A stretch of 64,000 bases of DNA from positions 93,496,001 through 93,560,000 of the forward strand of contig OZ024741.1 of assembly GCA_964016885.1 (NCBI GenBank). The letters are read 5' to 3'. A program made the position numbers and the translations under genes. The notes beneath the pieces were generated by a model. The model was not told the DNA's origin and did not search any database. It was given only the letters and a program-made list of their open reading frames with translations. This DNA is from Eledone cirrhosa (taxonomy: Eukaryota). Shown here piece after piece: positions 10,821-58,934 of the stretch. Every line of letters starts with the position of its first letter. The first letter of the stretch is position 1.

Positions 10821-10916
10821 CAAAATTTGTTTTATAAATAGTGACATACACAGGAATCAGACCAAACGGAACCTGAACCGTTAAGGTCTGATTCACTATT
10901 TATAAAACTAATTTTG

Positions 10917-10977
10917 TATTTTATCTGATGAGAGCGTACTAAAGTTTTGGTACCCTTGAAATATATATAATAGAATA
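10917..10977 (+). ncRNA. Type I hammerhead ribozyme (plus arm)
   Basis: uauuuuau-CUGAUGA-gagcguac(uaaaguuuug)guacccuu-GAAA-uauaua-UA-auagaaua; 8-bp stem I, palindromic stem III, AUA triplet. Confidence 0.65.
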
Positions 10978-10989
10978 AATATAGTTTCC

Positions 10990-11315
10990 ATTTATTTTAG
11001 TCTTTATTGTGTTGTACCAGATGAAAGAATGGTATTTAACTAATGTATTGGTACGCGATGGGGCCCACCCACAGCCCCGGCGGACAGAATGGAGAAGGCG
11101 TTTCCCCGGGGGACGGCAAGGGAGACGCGCTGGAAAAGCCACTCCAACTCGCGGGGCTGACACATGCGGCTGGCCAGTTCAGCGCCTATGATGGTGAGTA
11201 AGTAGGTAGTCTTGGGGCTGAGGACACCAGAAGTCTCCATTGCCAGGGGAACGACCGCAAACCTGTCGGAGGGCGACCGGTATTTGAGGAGTTTGGCCCC
11301 CTCAGCCCGACGTAT
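10990..11315 (-). mobile_element. CRE-like non-LTR retrotransposon 3' end (restriction-like endonuclease C-terminus)
   Basis: KYR...VPLAMETSGVL...WLFQRVSLAVPRGNAFSIL resembles the FVPxAxETxG...QRxSxAxQRGNA motif. Short UTR with AATAAA; abuts a long (TA)n. Confidence 0.7.
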
Positions 11316-11327
11316 TAATATCATTGA

Positions 11328-11351
11328 TATATATATATTTATATATATATA

Positions 11352-11410
<59 letters not shown>
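11328..11410. repeat. (TA)n microsatellite (others at 2285, 4151, 5963, 10601, 48325, 49044)
   Basis: Direct reading of the sequence. Confidence 0.95.
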
Positions 11411-11412
<2 letters not shown>

Positions 11413-12009
11413 AACATTGTTTTCCTTGACCCTTTATCTAAGGATATCCTGCACACACACACACATACATAAAACAATGTTCAATATATATGTAGCCTAT
11501 AAAATTGCCGAATAAATCTGGGAAGCTACTCTTAGAGACAGGAATCTCTAAGGGTAATTTACCAAACAACCTCCTTTTTGCTATCGGGGCAGCAGTAGTG
11601 AGCCTGCGAGTTGGAATGGCATTTTCAACACCTCTCCCTCGCTATCTCCTGGGGAAAATCTTTCCATTCTGTAAATTAAGACCATGAGGCAGCCGGCGCC
11701 AGAGAGCGTTCTCCCACATTATCATGTATGACTGGAGTAGCAATGGTATAGGTTGCTGATATTTATGCTTACACACGTTTAACTGAAGATAAATAAGATA
11801 TATTAGTTAAGTCCAGTAGTGGTGTACGCCGAAATAGTTTCATAGTTAATTTATAATACAAAATGAACAGTATACAAATATATAATTCAAAATAACGGTA
11901 TAATTTTTTTCTTTCAGAATGCCTACCATAGCTATCACGATGTAATAGTTTCACTTTCAAAATACGATCTCAGATCAAGTAACTAACTGTGTCCATAAAA
12001 ATAAACAAC

Positions 12010-12103
12010 TAGGAAGTGGTCAGAGTTACGTCCCTTCATGATTATCCCAGTTTCATCATTTCAGTTATTTACGTTCTAGCACCAGTGTCCACTAGTGAAC
12101 AAG
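12010..12103 (+). promoter_or_regulatory. Candidate piwi core promoter and non-coding first exon
   Basis: GGAAGT ETS-like site at 12012, Inr-like TCAGTT at 12061, AAG|GTATAG donor at 12104. The piwi ATG exon starts at an acceptor, so an upstream exon must exist. Confidence 0.35.
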
Positions 12104-12794
12104 GTATAGTATCCTTTTTATCTAACTACAACGCTTTATTTTAACTTTCTTAATTTGATTTTTATCGCCTCAGAACATAAGTATTCTATTATATAATATA
12201 CTTAAAGGACTCCTTAAACTTTTTATTTTTATAATATGTATTTAGCATGTGGATGTATTAACATTAAAAAAAGTTAGTAGTGTTAATGTTGATTATGAGA
12301 GGTTAAGTTAAATTATTGCATGTAGGCAAATAAACACGTGGTCAAACAAGGGGATTAAATATCTTTCAGTTGACACCTAGCAAAACAACGAAAATGTGCC
12401 GATATTTTAAAGGATATGAGAAAACCACGATGTTCATTTTGATTGAGAAACTTAACAAAAATGTTTTCCTTTAATTTTTTTGCTGACTAAATGTTTTCAT
12501 TAATCAATAAACATTTAAAAATAGGTTCACTAGACAGCAATGTTGAGACATTTTCAAGAAAATGAGAAATATTATGCTCACTGTCTATGTCGCGTGGTGA
12601 TTGAACCCATGGCGACCCTTCGTTTCATGTTTAAAATATTTTGATTATTTTGACTTCAAATCTTTGCATGAGCGGATGTTAAACAACAACAACAACGATA
12701 TATATATATGTATGTGTGTATATATATATACGTGTGTGTGTATATGTATGTGTGTATATATATATACTATATATATATATATGTGTGTGTGTGT

Positions 12795-12934
12795 GTGGCG
12801 CTAGGAAGGGCATCCAGCCAGAAACAGTCCTACATGAGCGGGACGCGTCACCCGACCCAACTTGCCTCTAAGTGGGATAAACCTGACTAACTCATGCTAG
12901 CGTGGAAGATGGACGTTAAATGATGATGATGATG
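12795..12934 (+). mobile_element. SINE / LINE 3' tail (RTE-type, (GAT)n end)
   Basis: aggaagggcatccagcc...catgctagcgtggaagatggacgttaaatgatgatgat. Confidence 0.8.
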
Positions 12935-13639
12935 TATGTGTAGTCTTCCTCAAAATACCGAATTTTCACTTTCATATTCCACAATGCATCAAACAAACTA
13001 CGTTTTATGTGTATGTGTGTGTATATATATATACACACACACATACTTTTGTATAAGATGTTGACCAACCGGGTTACAACACTCCAATCACTAAATGATG
13101 ATGCAATTAGATTAAAGCACTCAACAGGTGTATCCTTCCAAATGCAATTCGATAATCCATGACAGAGTATACATATGATAATGATAATTGCGAAGACCAG
13201 ATGTAGATATTCATAACTCATTTTATTCAGAATCTGCAGTAATACATATTTCTGTGGTGTCCATGATACACAAAACAGCCATCATGCAACCACCAACACA
13301 CACATATATTATCCCCCCCCCCCCCCCCGCCAACTCTATCAGTCACAACCACCACACCACTACGTTCCTTCTCTCCATACACTAATGGCTATCCCTTGCA
13401 CACCATTACCTATCTCTCCTTCACCCCCTCCTCACATTACTAACCCCACCTCTCCCCATACACTAATCAGCCCGCCCCTTACTCATTGCCTTGCCAAATC
13501 ACCACATACATCTATAACTTTATTCCTATCTCCCTCCTGTATTGCTCCCCTCTCCAGGTTTCTGTATTTCAGAAGGTGGCTCTTCTACAGTATAGTGAAG
13601 TGCCAGAGATCTCTGTGTCATCTTTGAGAGTTTTAATTT

Positions 13640-14225
13640 TGGAAGGTCAGCTTTTATCACCATTGGCACGAATACCGAATTGAAGATAGCAAGTTTGGCT
13701 TTTACACCTTTCTCCCATTTTCTGATTATCTTCTGCTGAAATTAATGCATTATTGCACCAGCTCCTATAGTTCTTGCACTTAATTCAGCCCCCTGTCTTC
13801 CATCACTCATGAACACAGCTTCGAGATACTTGAGCTTCTCCACCTGCTTCTGTGAAACTCCATTCACATGTAGAGTACACTATGCAGGGAGGGTGAGTGT
13901 CTCAGTTTTCGATGCACTGATTTTCATTCCAGCCATGTAGCACTTGGCATCAAACCTATCAAGTGCATGTTGGAGATCACCTTCTGTCGAGTTAAATAAC
14001 ACCATGTCGTCTGCAAATTCCAGCTGATTGATTTTATACCTGCCAATTGTGATACCACTTCCAATTCAGATGCGCATGTCAATCTTGTTCATGAAATTAA
14101 TGAACAGGAAAGGTGACTGTATGCACCCTTGGCGGAGTCTCACTCCCTCATTGAATGATTTTGATTTAGCACCATTTATCTGAACACAAATACTCAGGCA
14201 TTCGTATAGAGACATCAGAGCAGCA
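13640..14225 (-). mobile_element. RTE-type LINE reverse transcriptase fragment (second family)
   Basis: Minus-strand degenerate LRQGCIQSPFLFINFM...LEFADDMVL...DLQHALDRFDAKCYMAGMKISASKTE...QVEKLKYL. Confidence 0.75.
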
Positions 14226-14718
14226 ACATTGGAGATTGTTCTGCTTAGCAGTTTCTGCTGTTAAATCCTGTGGGGTCGGGCGCCGGATGGCATAGGAACC
14301 CTTGGTTCAATCAAGAGGTCAAAGATGCCAGTCGAGCAAAGAAGGATGCTTACAAAGTGTTTTAAGGCCATTTTCCTTTGTGGACCCCATGACTAGCCTC
14401 TCCATCTTGCCATATTGTCTGCATTCACTTTCACTAATCTCTTGGCATTCATTTCCTCCTCGATCATCTCTAGCCATATCTTTCTTGATTTTCCCCTTCC
14501 TCTACTTTCTTCCACATACATTTTGATCACTCCTCTCACCCTGTTATTTTCTTCCTCTCCTCAACACAAGCCAACCATCTAATTACATTACTGGCTCTAT
14601 TTCCACCATCCTCTGAAATTTATTGTTTGTCTTCCTTTCTCCATTATACTCTGCTTATCCACTGAACAATTCTCGTTTCCTTCCTTTCCAGCCTTCTTTG
14701 CTGCTTCATGTTCACCAT

Positions 14719-15468
14719 TCATCATCATCATCATGGTTTAACGTCTATCTTCCACGCTAGCATGGGTTAGATGGGAATTGTCCCTCTTGAGGCAAGATTG
14801 GTCAGGTGACCGTGTCTCGCTCGTATAGGACTATCTGGCAGGTTTTCTACGGCTGGATGCCCTTCCTAACACCAACCACATTTACAGTGTGGACTGGGAG
14901 GTTTTATTAGTTTGGACTGGATGTTATGGGTTGGTGTTGGTGGGAGTGGGAGGATGGAGTAGGGGTAGTGAGTTGGGGTGTATATTTGGTTAAGAGGTGT
15001 CTACTGACTAGGTTTTGCTTTGTACATAGGCAAGGTGGGTCTTCTGTATTACTGCATGGCGCCAAAGATCTCGGTCCAGTGCCATTGTCTTAGAGAGGTG
15101 CAAGTGTGTAAGGTTGGAATTTATCAAATTGTCCCAGGTTTTTCTGAGTCTACCTACTTCATAACTTCCATTAATTTTGATCGCCCTGCACTTTTTTATA
15201 CAGCTGTCGTCTTTCATACGCATCACGTGACCATACCAACGTAGTCTTCTCTCAAGTAAACAACATCTGATCCCTCTTATTCCTAATTTCTTACTTAGTT
15301 CATTTATGTTTTGCTGTTCGCGTATATTACTATTACCCATCTAACGGAGCATGCATGCTTCGTTCCTTTCCAGTCTGTGCAGGTCCTCTGCACACAATGC
15401 CCATGTCTCACTGCCATGTAACATTGCTGTTCGTATACAGGCATCATACAATCTGCCTTTCATTTTTT
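14719..15468 (-). mobile_element. RTE LINE 3' fragment, same family as 6394-9144, antisense within the piwi 5' intron
   Basis: ORFs 15008-15340 and 15341-15538 are nearly identical to 8185-8709; (CAT)n tail at 14719. Confidence 0.9.
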
Positions 15469-15732
15469 CTATTATTCTATTACATGTTGCAGCTGAGAGG
15501 CGGTGGCCATGATGGGGCACAGCCATTACTCGGGACACTCATGTCTCACTCCTATATATCATGCCACTTCTCACACTTGCAGCATACATCTTTTTCTTCA
15601 GTTTCAGAAATAGTCCCTTCCTCATTACCTAACCACTCAGTTCCCAGAATTTGTTTGTGTATTATTATAATACTGCCATTAAATAAAGGTTAAAATGTAA
15701 CTTTATTGTTTTTGTTTTTTGTCAAGAACGAA

Positions 15733-51676
<35,944 letters not shown>

Positions 51677-52340
51677 AAAGCAATCATCCAAACAACACAT
51701 AGATACATTGATCAAGTCGTGGCAGTGAGCCTGTTTCTGTTTTCTGCCTGAAAATGCTGAAAATTTTAAGAACACTTTCATCAAGAGAACATTCACCAAT
51801 TCAGAAGCTACAGAATTCTATGATGTTTGTCACTTCTCTTTATTATATCATTAAAATCAGCTGTTTTTCTTTTTACAACAGTAGCCAAGGGTCTCTGAAA
51901 TATTTTGGCTAAAAATAGACTTGTACGTAAAATTTTGGACATTTGCCATTACATTTTAGTTGACCAAAGAAAATTGAAAGATGCTTTGTGAAAAGAAAAA
52001 GAAAAGAAAGCTGTATTATATGTACAGAAGTGTTTTATTGGAAAGTATATTCTGAATTAAGCTGGAAACAGAACTCCATTCAAGTTTGGTTTGATATTCA
52101 TTCCTCAGGTACCTCAAAATATGGGATTCAGCATATTGGTTTAGAGCAGATTAGAGCTATCATCATATTCATATAATTTTGTTTTCTTATTTTGTAATTA
52201 GAAATAGTTCTAATATATTTTTAGTTTCTTAGATTGCATATCTTTTTTTTTTCTTTGTATATACATGTACAATTTGTGTTTTGAGTTATTGGCATTTGAT
52301 AAAGAACTCATTTTGGCCAGTCTTAAATATCCATGTTAGG

Positions 52341-52400
52341 CTCTCTGTTTGTCTCTTCCTCTTTCTCTCTGTTTGTCTCTTCCTCTTTCTCTCTGTTTGT
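52341..52400. repeat. 24-bp tandem repeat (about 2.5-3 copies of ctctctgtttgtctcttcctcttt)
   Basis: Direct reading of the sequence. Confidence 0.85.
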
Positions 52401-52779
52401 CTCTTCCTCTTTCTCTCTGTAACTGTCCACCTGGCATTTTTTCTGGTTGTCTGTCAGTCTCTCTTTCTCTCCATGTATGTCTTGATTGTCTGTTACACAT
52501 ACACTCTCTCTTTCTTTCCACACACACATACACACAGTCTCCTCTTTCTTTATAGATATAGTGTTTTGAATACTATTACCCAATTTTAACTGAAAGTCAG
52601 AGTTAAGGAATATAAACAGGAAGCTTGACTAAAATATTCAAGGAAAAGTAATTATTAAAAATTATTCAAAGCACAATTATTTAAATGTTTTGCATTTCAT
52701 CAGACTCAATTATTTTATTAGTCCATAACATCCTATAAGGATTTAGCAGAAAATATCTAAGAGTCTCGTGATAAATGTG

Positions 52780-53103
52780 ATCTACCCCCTTGAGCCACAC
52801 TATATAGTGGTCATGTAGGTGTCACGACAAAAAGGGCCCAGTCCACACTAAAGTGGTCATGTAGGTGTCATGACAAATCACTCCCAGTCCACACTGTAAA
52901 GTGGTCGTGTTTGGCGACATAATAAAAAGCACCCAGTCCACACTGAAAATGTAGTTGGTGTTAGGAAGGGCATCCAGCCGTAGAAACCAAGCCCAAATCA
53001 GTTCTGTGTGAGCGAAGCCCAGTCCTCCGACCTGATCTCTCACAAAGGGACAGCCCATCCTACCATGCTAGCATGGAAAATGGACTTTAAATGATGATGA
53101 TGA
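52780..53103 (+). mobile_element. RTE-tail SINE/LINE end with 3-4 tandem units
   Basis: gtggtcatgtaggtgtcacgacaaa...cagtccacact units, aggaagggcatccagccgtagaaa and a (GAT)n tail. Confidence 0.8.
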
Positions 53104-53239
53104 GGATTCTTGGTAGTATTGATGTCTAACATGAGCCCAAAGCTTCACATGTAGTTTGTGATGTTTATTTTATTAACACAAGGATGAAAAGTAAATTCAG
53201 TATTTGATCTAATTATTGACTCTTCTTTTCCTTTTAACA

Positions 53240-53581
53240 TTCATCATCATCATCATTTTATGCCCGCTTTTCCCTGCTTGCAAGGGTGGGATGGGAACTG
53301 ATTCTGGCTTGATTTCTACAGCTGGATGCCCTTCCTAACACCAACCTCATTTACAGTGAGTGCTGGGTGCTTTTTTGCCGTGGCGCCTCCACGACCACTT
53401 TGCAGTGGAATGATAGGGACCCCAGTCCCTATCATCTCATTTCTACAGCTGAGTAAACTGGAGCAATGTGAAATAAAGTGTCTTGCTCAAGGAAACAACA
53501 CATCACCCGGTCTGAGAATTGAACTCACAACCTTTCGATTGCAAGGCCAATGCTCTAACCACTAAGCCATGTGCCTCCATT
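53240..53581 (-). mobile_element. Full-length tRNA-head CORE-SINE with RTE-derived tail
   Basis: Minus strand: ggaggcacatggcttagtggttagagc (A box)...gagttcaattc (B box)...ccttgagcaagacactt (CORE)...aggaagggcatccagctgtagaaa...(GAT)n. Confidence 0.88.
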
Positions 53582-54636
53582 CAACTGGTCAAATCCAGTT
53601 GCCATAAAGAGAAAGCTAAAATATAATTTTTAGTTGCAAGAAAACCCCATCATATCTCACACAATGTCATGGTTTTCAGCTTCTTAATTCTATCATTTTA
53701 GTGTGAATGCATCATCATCATTTTCTACTTCAACATAATTTTTTTTTATCATTTTCATAATCATTTTTTCTTCACTAACACTCAGTACTTGACTTAACTT
53801 GGTTGGTAAACTTAAACTGGTACCTGGTGTAACACTACCACCTAGCCCATGGTCACATGTAGCTGAGTCCATGATGTTGCATTCAGTCCAAATCTTAGTT
53901 TTGAGGTTACCCCTTCCCTCCCTCCATTCCACCCACTAGTCACAGAGGCTCTAAAAAGGGTTGAGAGTAAACTTCCTGACTAAACAGCAAAAAAAAAAAA
54001 AGAGATTAAAAACCTCAGTATTATGAACCTTAAAGGGTGAAATGTTTCTTTTGTTTAGCTTCAGTCCAGCCCTGGTTGAACAGATCCATGATTAAAAGTG
54101 TTCCAACTGTGACCATTGCTTCTTTTGGGGATGTTATGTAGAACTACATTATCTTATGTGTCCTTTTTTAAAGATAGCAAAATGTGATTTGTGTGATTTG
54201 CTGTTATTTCCAGCAGATCAGGCAACTCCAAAGAGTTATACTATATGTGTGTGTGAGACAGATAGAGAAAATAATAGGAAATATTACAAAGGGAGCATTC
54301 CTCCTCTCTTCCTTGTCTTCAATCTTTATAGCTTTGTAGTTAATGGTTGAGTGGATAAGATATTAGAATTGTGATTTTTGGATTACCTGCCACAAGCAAC
54401 AAGTGGTACAATACTGAAAGCACTGCTCCAACATGATCTTAGCTATTATGTTTTAATGTTTCATACTTTACATCTTGCTGTGATTGGTAGCTATAAGATT
54501 TATTTTATCTTTCATTTTGGTTGTATTGATGGTGGAGGTGTTAAATGTAAAAGACCAGCATCCTATCTCATAAAGAAGGGTGTTGTTTCATCTGCTTGAT
54601 GGAACTGCTGGAATTAAGCATCAGCCTTATAGATAC

Positions 54637-54923
54637 TGTGGAGGTGCATGACCTAGTGGTTACAGTGTTGGACTTACAATGATAATGTTGTGTGTTTGAT
54701 TCCTGGACTGAGTTGTGTTGTATTCTTGAGCAAAACACTTCATTTCGCGTTGCTCCAATACACTCAGCTGAAAATGACGACCAGCAGTAGCTGGGGGTTT
54801 AACTCTGTAATGGACTGGTATGCTGTTCAGAGGGAAGTCTTGTATTTTGAGTCACTTAATGCCAAGAAAACCAGGATAAAGACTAGCCTGATCAGCCTCT
54901 GGGTTTGAGACAGACTTTAACTT
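54637..54923 (+). mobile_element. Full-length CORE-SINE
   Basis: tggaggtgcatgacctagtggttacagtgttggac...ttcttgagcaaaacactt...gagacagactttaactt. Confidence 0.75.
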
Positions 54924-57900
54924 AAAAATGTTTTAACCTATAGATACTGCTGATTCACATATCTCTCTAATGCCCTTTGGAAATGCACAACCTCCATTAC
55001 CCACGTCCTATACATAGGAGGTTATATACTTTTGTGAAAAATGATTAACCTTTTCATTACCATATTTCTAACGAAATACTTTGCCTATGATTTTCAAATA
55101 ATTTTGAAATTAATCAAGAATTTTGGGGGATTTGGTAAAACTATTTAAACCGGCTGTATCCAGCCAGAATTCTCTCACCTGTTTTGTCTAAACTGGCTGT
55201 AACTGGTCACTTATACTCACATTAAGGTATTATTCTCAAAATAAATATCAAAATTTCATAGGTTCGATATTATGTGAGATAAAGTGTTTACCGTGAAAAT
55301 ACAATAGTAAATATAGAGTGGTGTAATTGCAAAAGGGTTAAATTAATAATATAGTATTTCTAACATAACAAAAGGTTCTTACAGAATGATTTAGAATGGA
55401 TGGCTTTATTTCAAAGAAGCAGAGATGGTTTGGGGCAGGCTGGTGCTGAAAAGTTAGACCCAGTAGTAGGACTATTTTCTTTTCTTCACTTAAATGGTTT
55501 GATCTAGGGAAAAGGCAGTGTCTCTTGAGACCAGTAAGAAGGAAGCATTGGTTGTAGTGGTTAGTGTGAGTGCTCCATGTTTAAGATTGTTTACATTTCA
55601 AACTATTATCATTAAGCTAATCTTAGTCCAGACAGCCCCATTAGAACACAAACTCCTGTATATATTCTCTTTGTTCATGTGTATAACTAGTTGTCTTTGG
55701 TCCATGTGTATAACAAAACTACCTCTTGCTTAACAGTGGCATTTCATTCATCTGTGAATCATCTTAGCATGTAACTAAATATGACAATGTTTGAATCTTT
55801 ACCATTGTGTAGTAGTATAGTTGTAATCAATTGAAAATAACCATTCTCAACTGTTCTCTGCTGTGATAGTGTCACTCCTGTTAGCTGTATAATTTTTTCA
55901 GGCGCATCTGTGGCAGCAACAAGAGTATGGTGTGATTTGTCAAAGGTGAATTCCCAGAGATGTTTGGAGAAAAAAATGTCTTTGCGTTCTGAGTTCAAAT
56001 CTAACTTTTTGCCTTTCATCTCTCCAGCATTGATTAAATAAGTACCAGTGATGCAGTAGAGTTGATTGCATCAACTATATATCATCATGTTCTCTAAGTT
56101 CTCTATATCCAATACTTCCTTAGTATTATGACTCTCTATAGTTTGATGTCTCATTATCTCGAGTTTGAATCCTGCCAAGACCACCTGTGCCTTTCCTCCT
56201 TTGCTATTAATATAAAATAACTAAGATTAATTATAACACAAGTATGAAGTAACTATAGGTTGTATCAAATATGTACAGACACAGGTATCTGTAGATTTAT
56301 ACATACATGTATATATATTCTTTCATATATATTTTTTTAATAATAAAGAAAAAAAAATGGAGTTACTTGAAGAGAAACTGCAATTGAGAAGATTTAAGAT
56401 AAATTAAGCAATTTTACTGCCTCTGATAGAATAGGCCTTGTGGCAAGTGTAAAATATATTGTTGGGATCATATTTGCCATTCATCTTTTGTATGTTTTTA
56501 AATAAGATGTATAAAACCTTAGTGGTTATGATCCAAAGATTGAGTTCATTTATTTGTTGTAGTGGATTCTACACTTTGTGTATGCTTAAACAAGCCTCCT
56601 ACTTCACGTTAAGAATAGCATCTGGCTATCCTATACCACCACAACTGTTTTAACTAAAAGAAAGATAGTTGCAGAATCATTCAGTTTTTGCTGGTATGGA
56701 AATATAAACATTTAAAATAAATTTATTTGGAAAGATATAATTAGAAATGCTATAGAAATTTAGAGTAAAGTAAATGTGAAATCAGTGATTAATAACAGTC
56801 AAGTTAGTGTATTGTAGGAGTTGTGGTATCCAGATACTAAATGTGCCAATATGGCCTAAATATTGACCACTTACATTAGTATACAATTAACTTTTAAATT
56901 AAAAAAATACATAATAGCACTGAGTTGATCTCCAGCACCAAAATAATTGATCAAAAGATGCATTGCATTTAATCAGTGTTTTAGCTGTGGACATATTTCT
57001 TTCATTGCATTACATACTGTCTTAAAATGTAGGACTTAAATTTTTTTCCTTATTCTATTACTTTAGTTATGATATTTCTAACAGTAACAGACCTCCTAAG
57101 TCTTATTTATTTGTTAAGTATGTATTTGAAAAAAATATTTTCCATTTAAATAATCTTGTGTTATCAATCATATTATAAGAATCTCATCAATATTATTTTA
57201 ATTTAATGGAGGCAATCACAAATAGGTGTTGATAATGAAGAAGTTAAAGATAGAGTGTTTTGTTTTGTAGTTCTTTTAAATGAAGATTTGGCTGTAACAT
57301 TGAACAAATAATCATGTTGAAGCTTGCATTTTAGCTCAATTTCTAAGATTTATTGTTACTTTGTATTACTGTCAAAGTATGAGTATTTAAGTCAATGCTA
57401 TTGGATTTAGAAATTAGTTATTGAATCCTCTGATATGCTTACCCTGTTTTTTTTTATTGTGCCCTCATTGCACCAAAAATCACATTTTATTCTGTGATAA
57501 CTGCTTTTTTTTTCTCTCTCCAGAACTTTACTTTTATTTTATAAATATCAAAAAACAATTACTGGCTAATGTAAATTTGAGAATCTTATAGCACCCTCAA
57601 ATACAACATCAGTGTTACTTTAGGTGCTAATCATTGGTTAATCATGAGGTATTCATTAATTTCTCGCGTTCACTGTAAAACTGCGTAGATAATTAACCAA
57701 TAATTAGGAATTAAGTTTAGCTTAATATTTTTATTCTTTTTTAAAAATAAAACTGATGTTAAGGAAATGAAGCAGAGAGACACATTGCCTTAAATCTTGT
57801 GTAAAACTTGTCAGCTTTTTGGTGCAGATTAGTAAAAAGAGCATTTATATTACTAAATTTGTCAATTTGGTTTGATGTTTGCATTCTGTCAAAGTGATGG

Positions 57901-58181
57901 AACTTGGATATTTTCTCAGTTCTTGTAACATTTGAAGTAAAATTGTTTTGTACATTTTTCTATTATAAAATCAGCAAAAAATTTGCTAAAGATAGTAAAT
58001 AATTTTGACAATATATTGGAATCCTGACTCCAGTTATTTTCATCCTTAATTTCAATAAACTTGTATAGCATCTGTATATATTTTCAGAATAAATTTCATA
58101 TTGCAAGAATCTATTTTGTAAATGCATATTTTCTCAACATAGGAAATACTGCATCACAAAGATTTACCTTTCTTTTCAGGG

Positions 58182-58696
58182 CCAGAAAAGACTTCAACCC
58201 CTAACATCTATTAGTCCCCAATAACTCTGAACGCCTTGCTTCCCTGGGCATGGATACATTGAAGCTCCGATGTCTGGTAACTGACTTGGTAAACACCCAC
58301 AAAATTATTAACCATCTTGCCAATAACAACCCTGATCACCTTTTTGATTTCCATATGTCTAACACACGTGGGCATGCCAACAAAGTCAGAAAACAGCACA
58401 GTTCCCATGACTTTCGGAAACATGTTTTCACGCTCCGAGTTGCTGAAGCATGGAACAAACTACCTGCATCAGTTATTAGCTGTCGAGACACTGCATCCTT
58501 TAAAACCTCCATGCTTACTGAGATTCGCCAACACTATACCTAATATTCCACCTCCATACACACGCACACATGTATTTCATGACTTGTACACTGTTCATTT
58601 TCCTGACATTTGTACATTATTCTATGTACTATACAAGCACCTTTGATGAGTTGGAGTGCACCTGAGTACTACACAATAATTTCATTATTATTATTA
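58182..58696 (+). mobile_element. CR1-clade LINE 3' end
   Basis: LKLR..VTDL...HKII...NTRGH..K....RKHVFTLRVAEAWNKLP...FK, the typical CR1/L2 ORF2 C-terminus, with an (ATT)n tail. Confidence 0.85.
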
Positions 58697-58934
58697 AAAT
58701 TAAGGCAAAACCCACAATGAAGAAATGCCTTTTTTTTCTTTCTTTTTGATAGATTTGGAGGAAGCAGTGTGGTGCTACCAAGCCATCTGAGCATTTAAAG
58801 AAGCTAGTATCCTATGGGCCCTTGCTACTTAATGCACCTGTGCAATGACCACATATAAAACCTGCATCCTTTGCTAGTCTACCTGAAAGCGCACTATATC
58901 TCTTGTGTGCCCTTAGTTTGCATTTAGGGTATAG

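Larger units (their letters stand above)
10755..10983. mobile_element. Palindromic Penelope-like element carrying two outward-facing hammerheads
   Basis: Arms 10755-10843 and 10894-10983 are near-perfect reverse complements, with a small inner hairpin at 10855-10894. Confidence 0.7.

Noticed and set aside
11403-11491. 21-bp inverted repeat around a CA tract
   Set aside because: Short and partly low-complexity; not enough to call an element.
55902-55945. Possible plus-strand exon (ttttttcAG...AAG|GTGAAT) and overlapping minus ORF 55759-56019
   Set aside because: No recognisable protein similarity and no linked exons that I can support.
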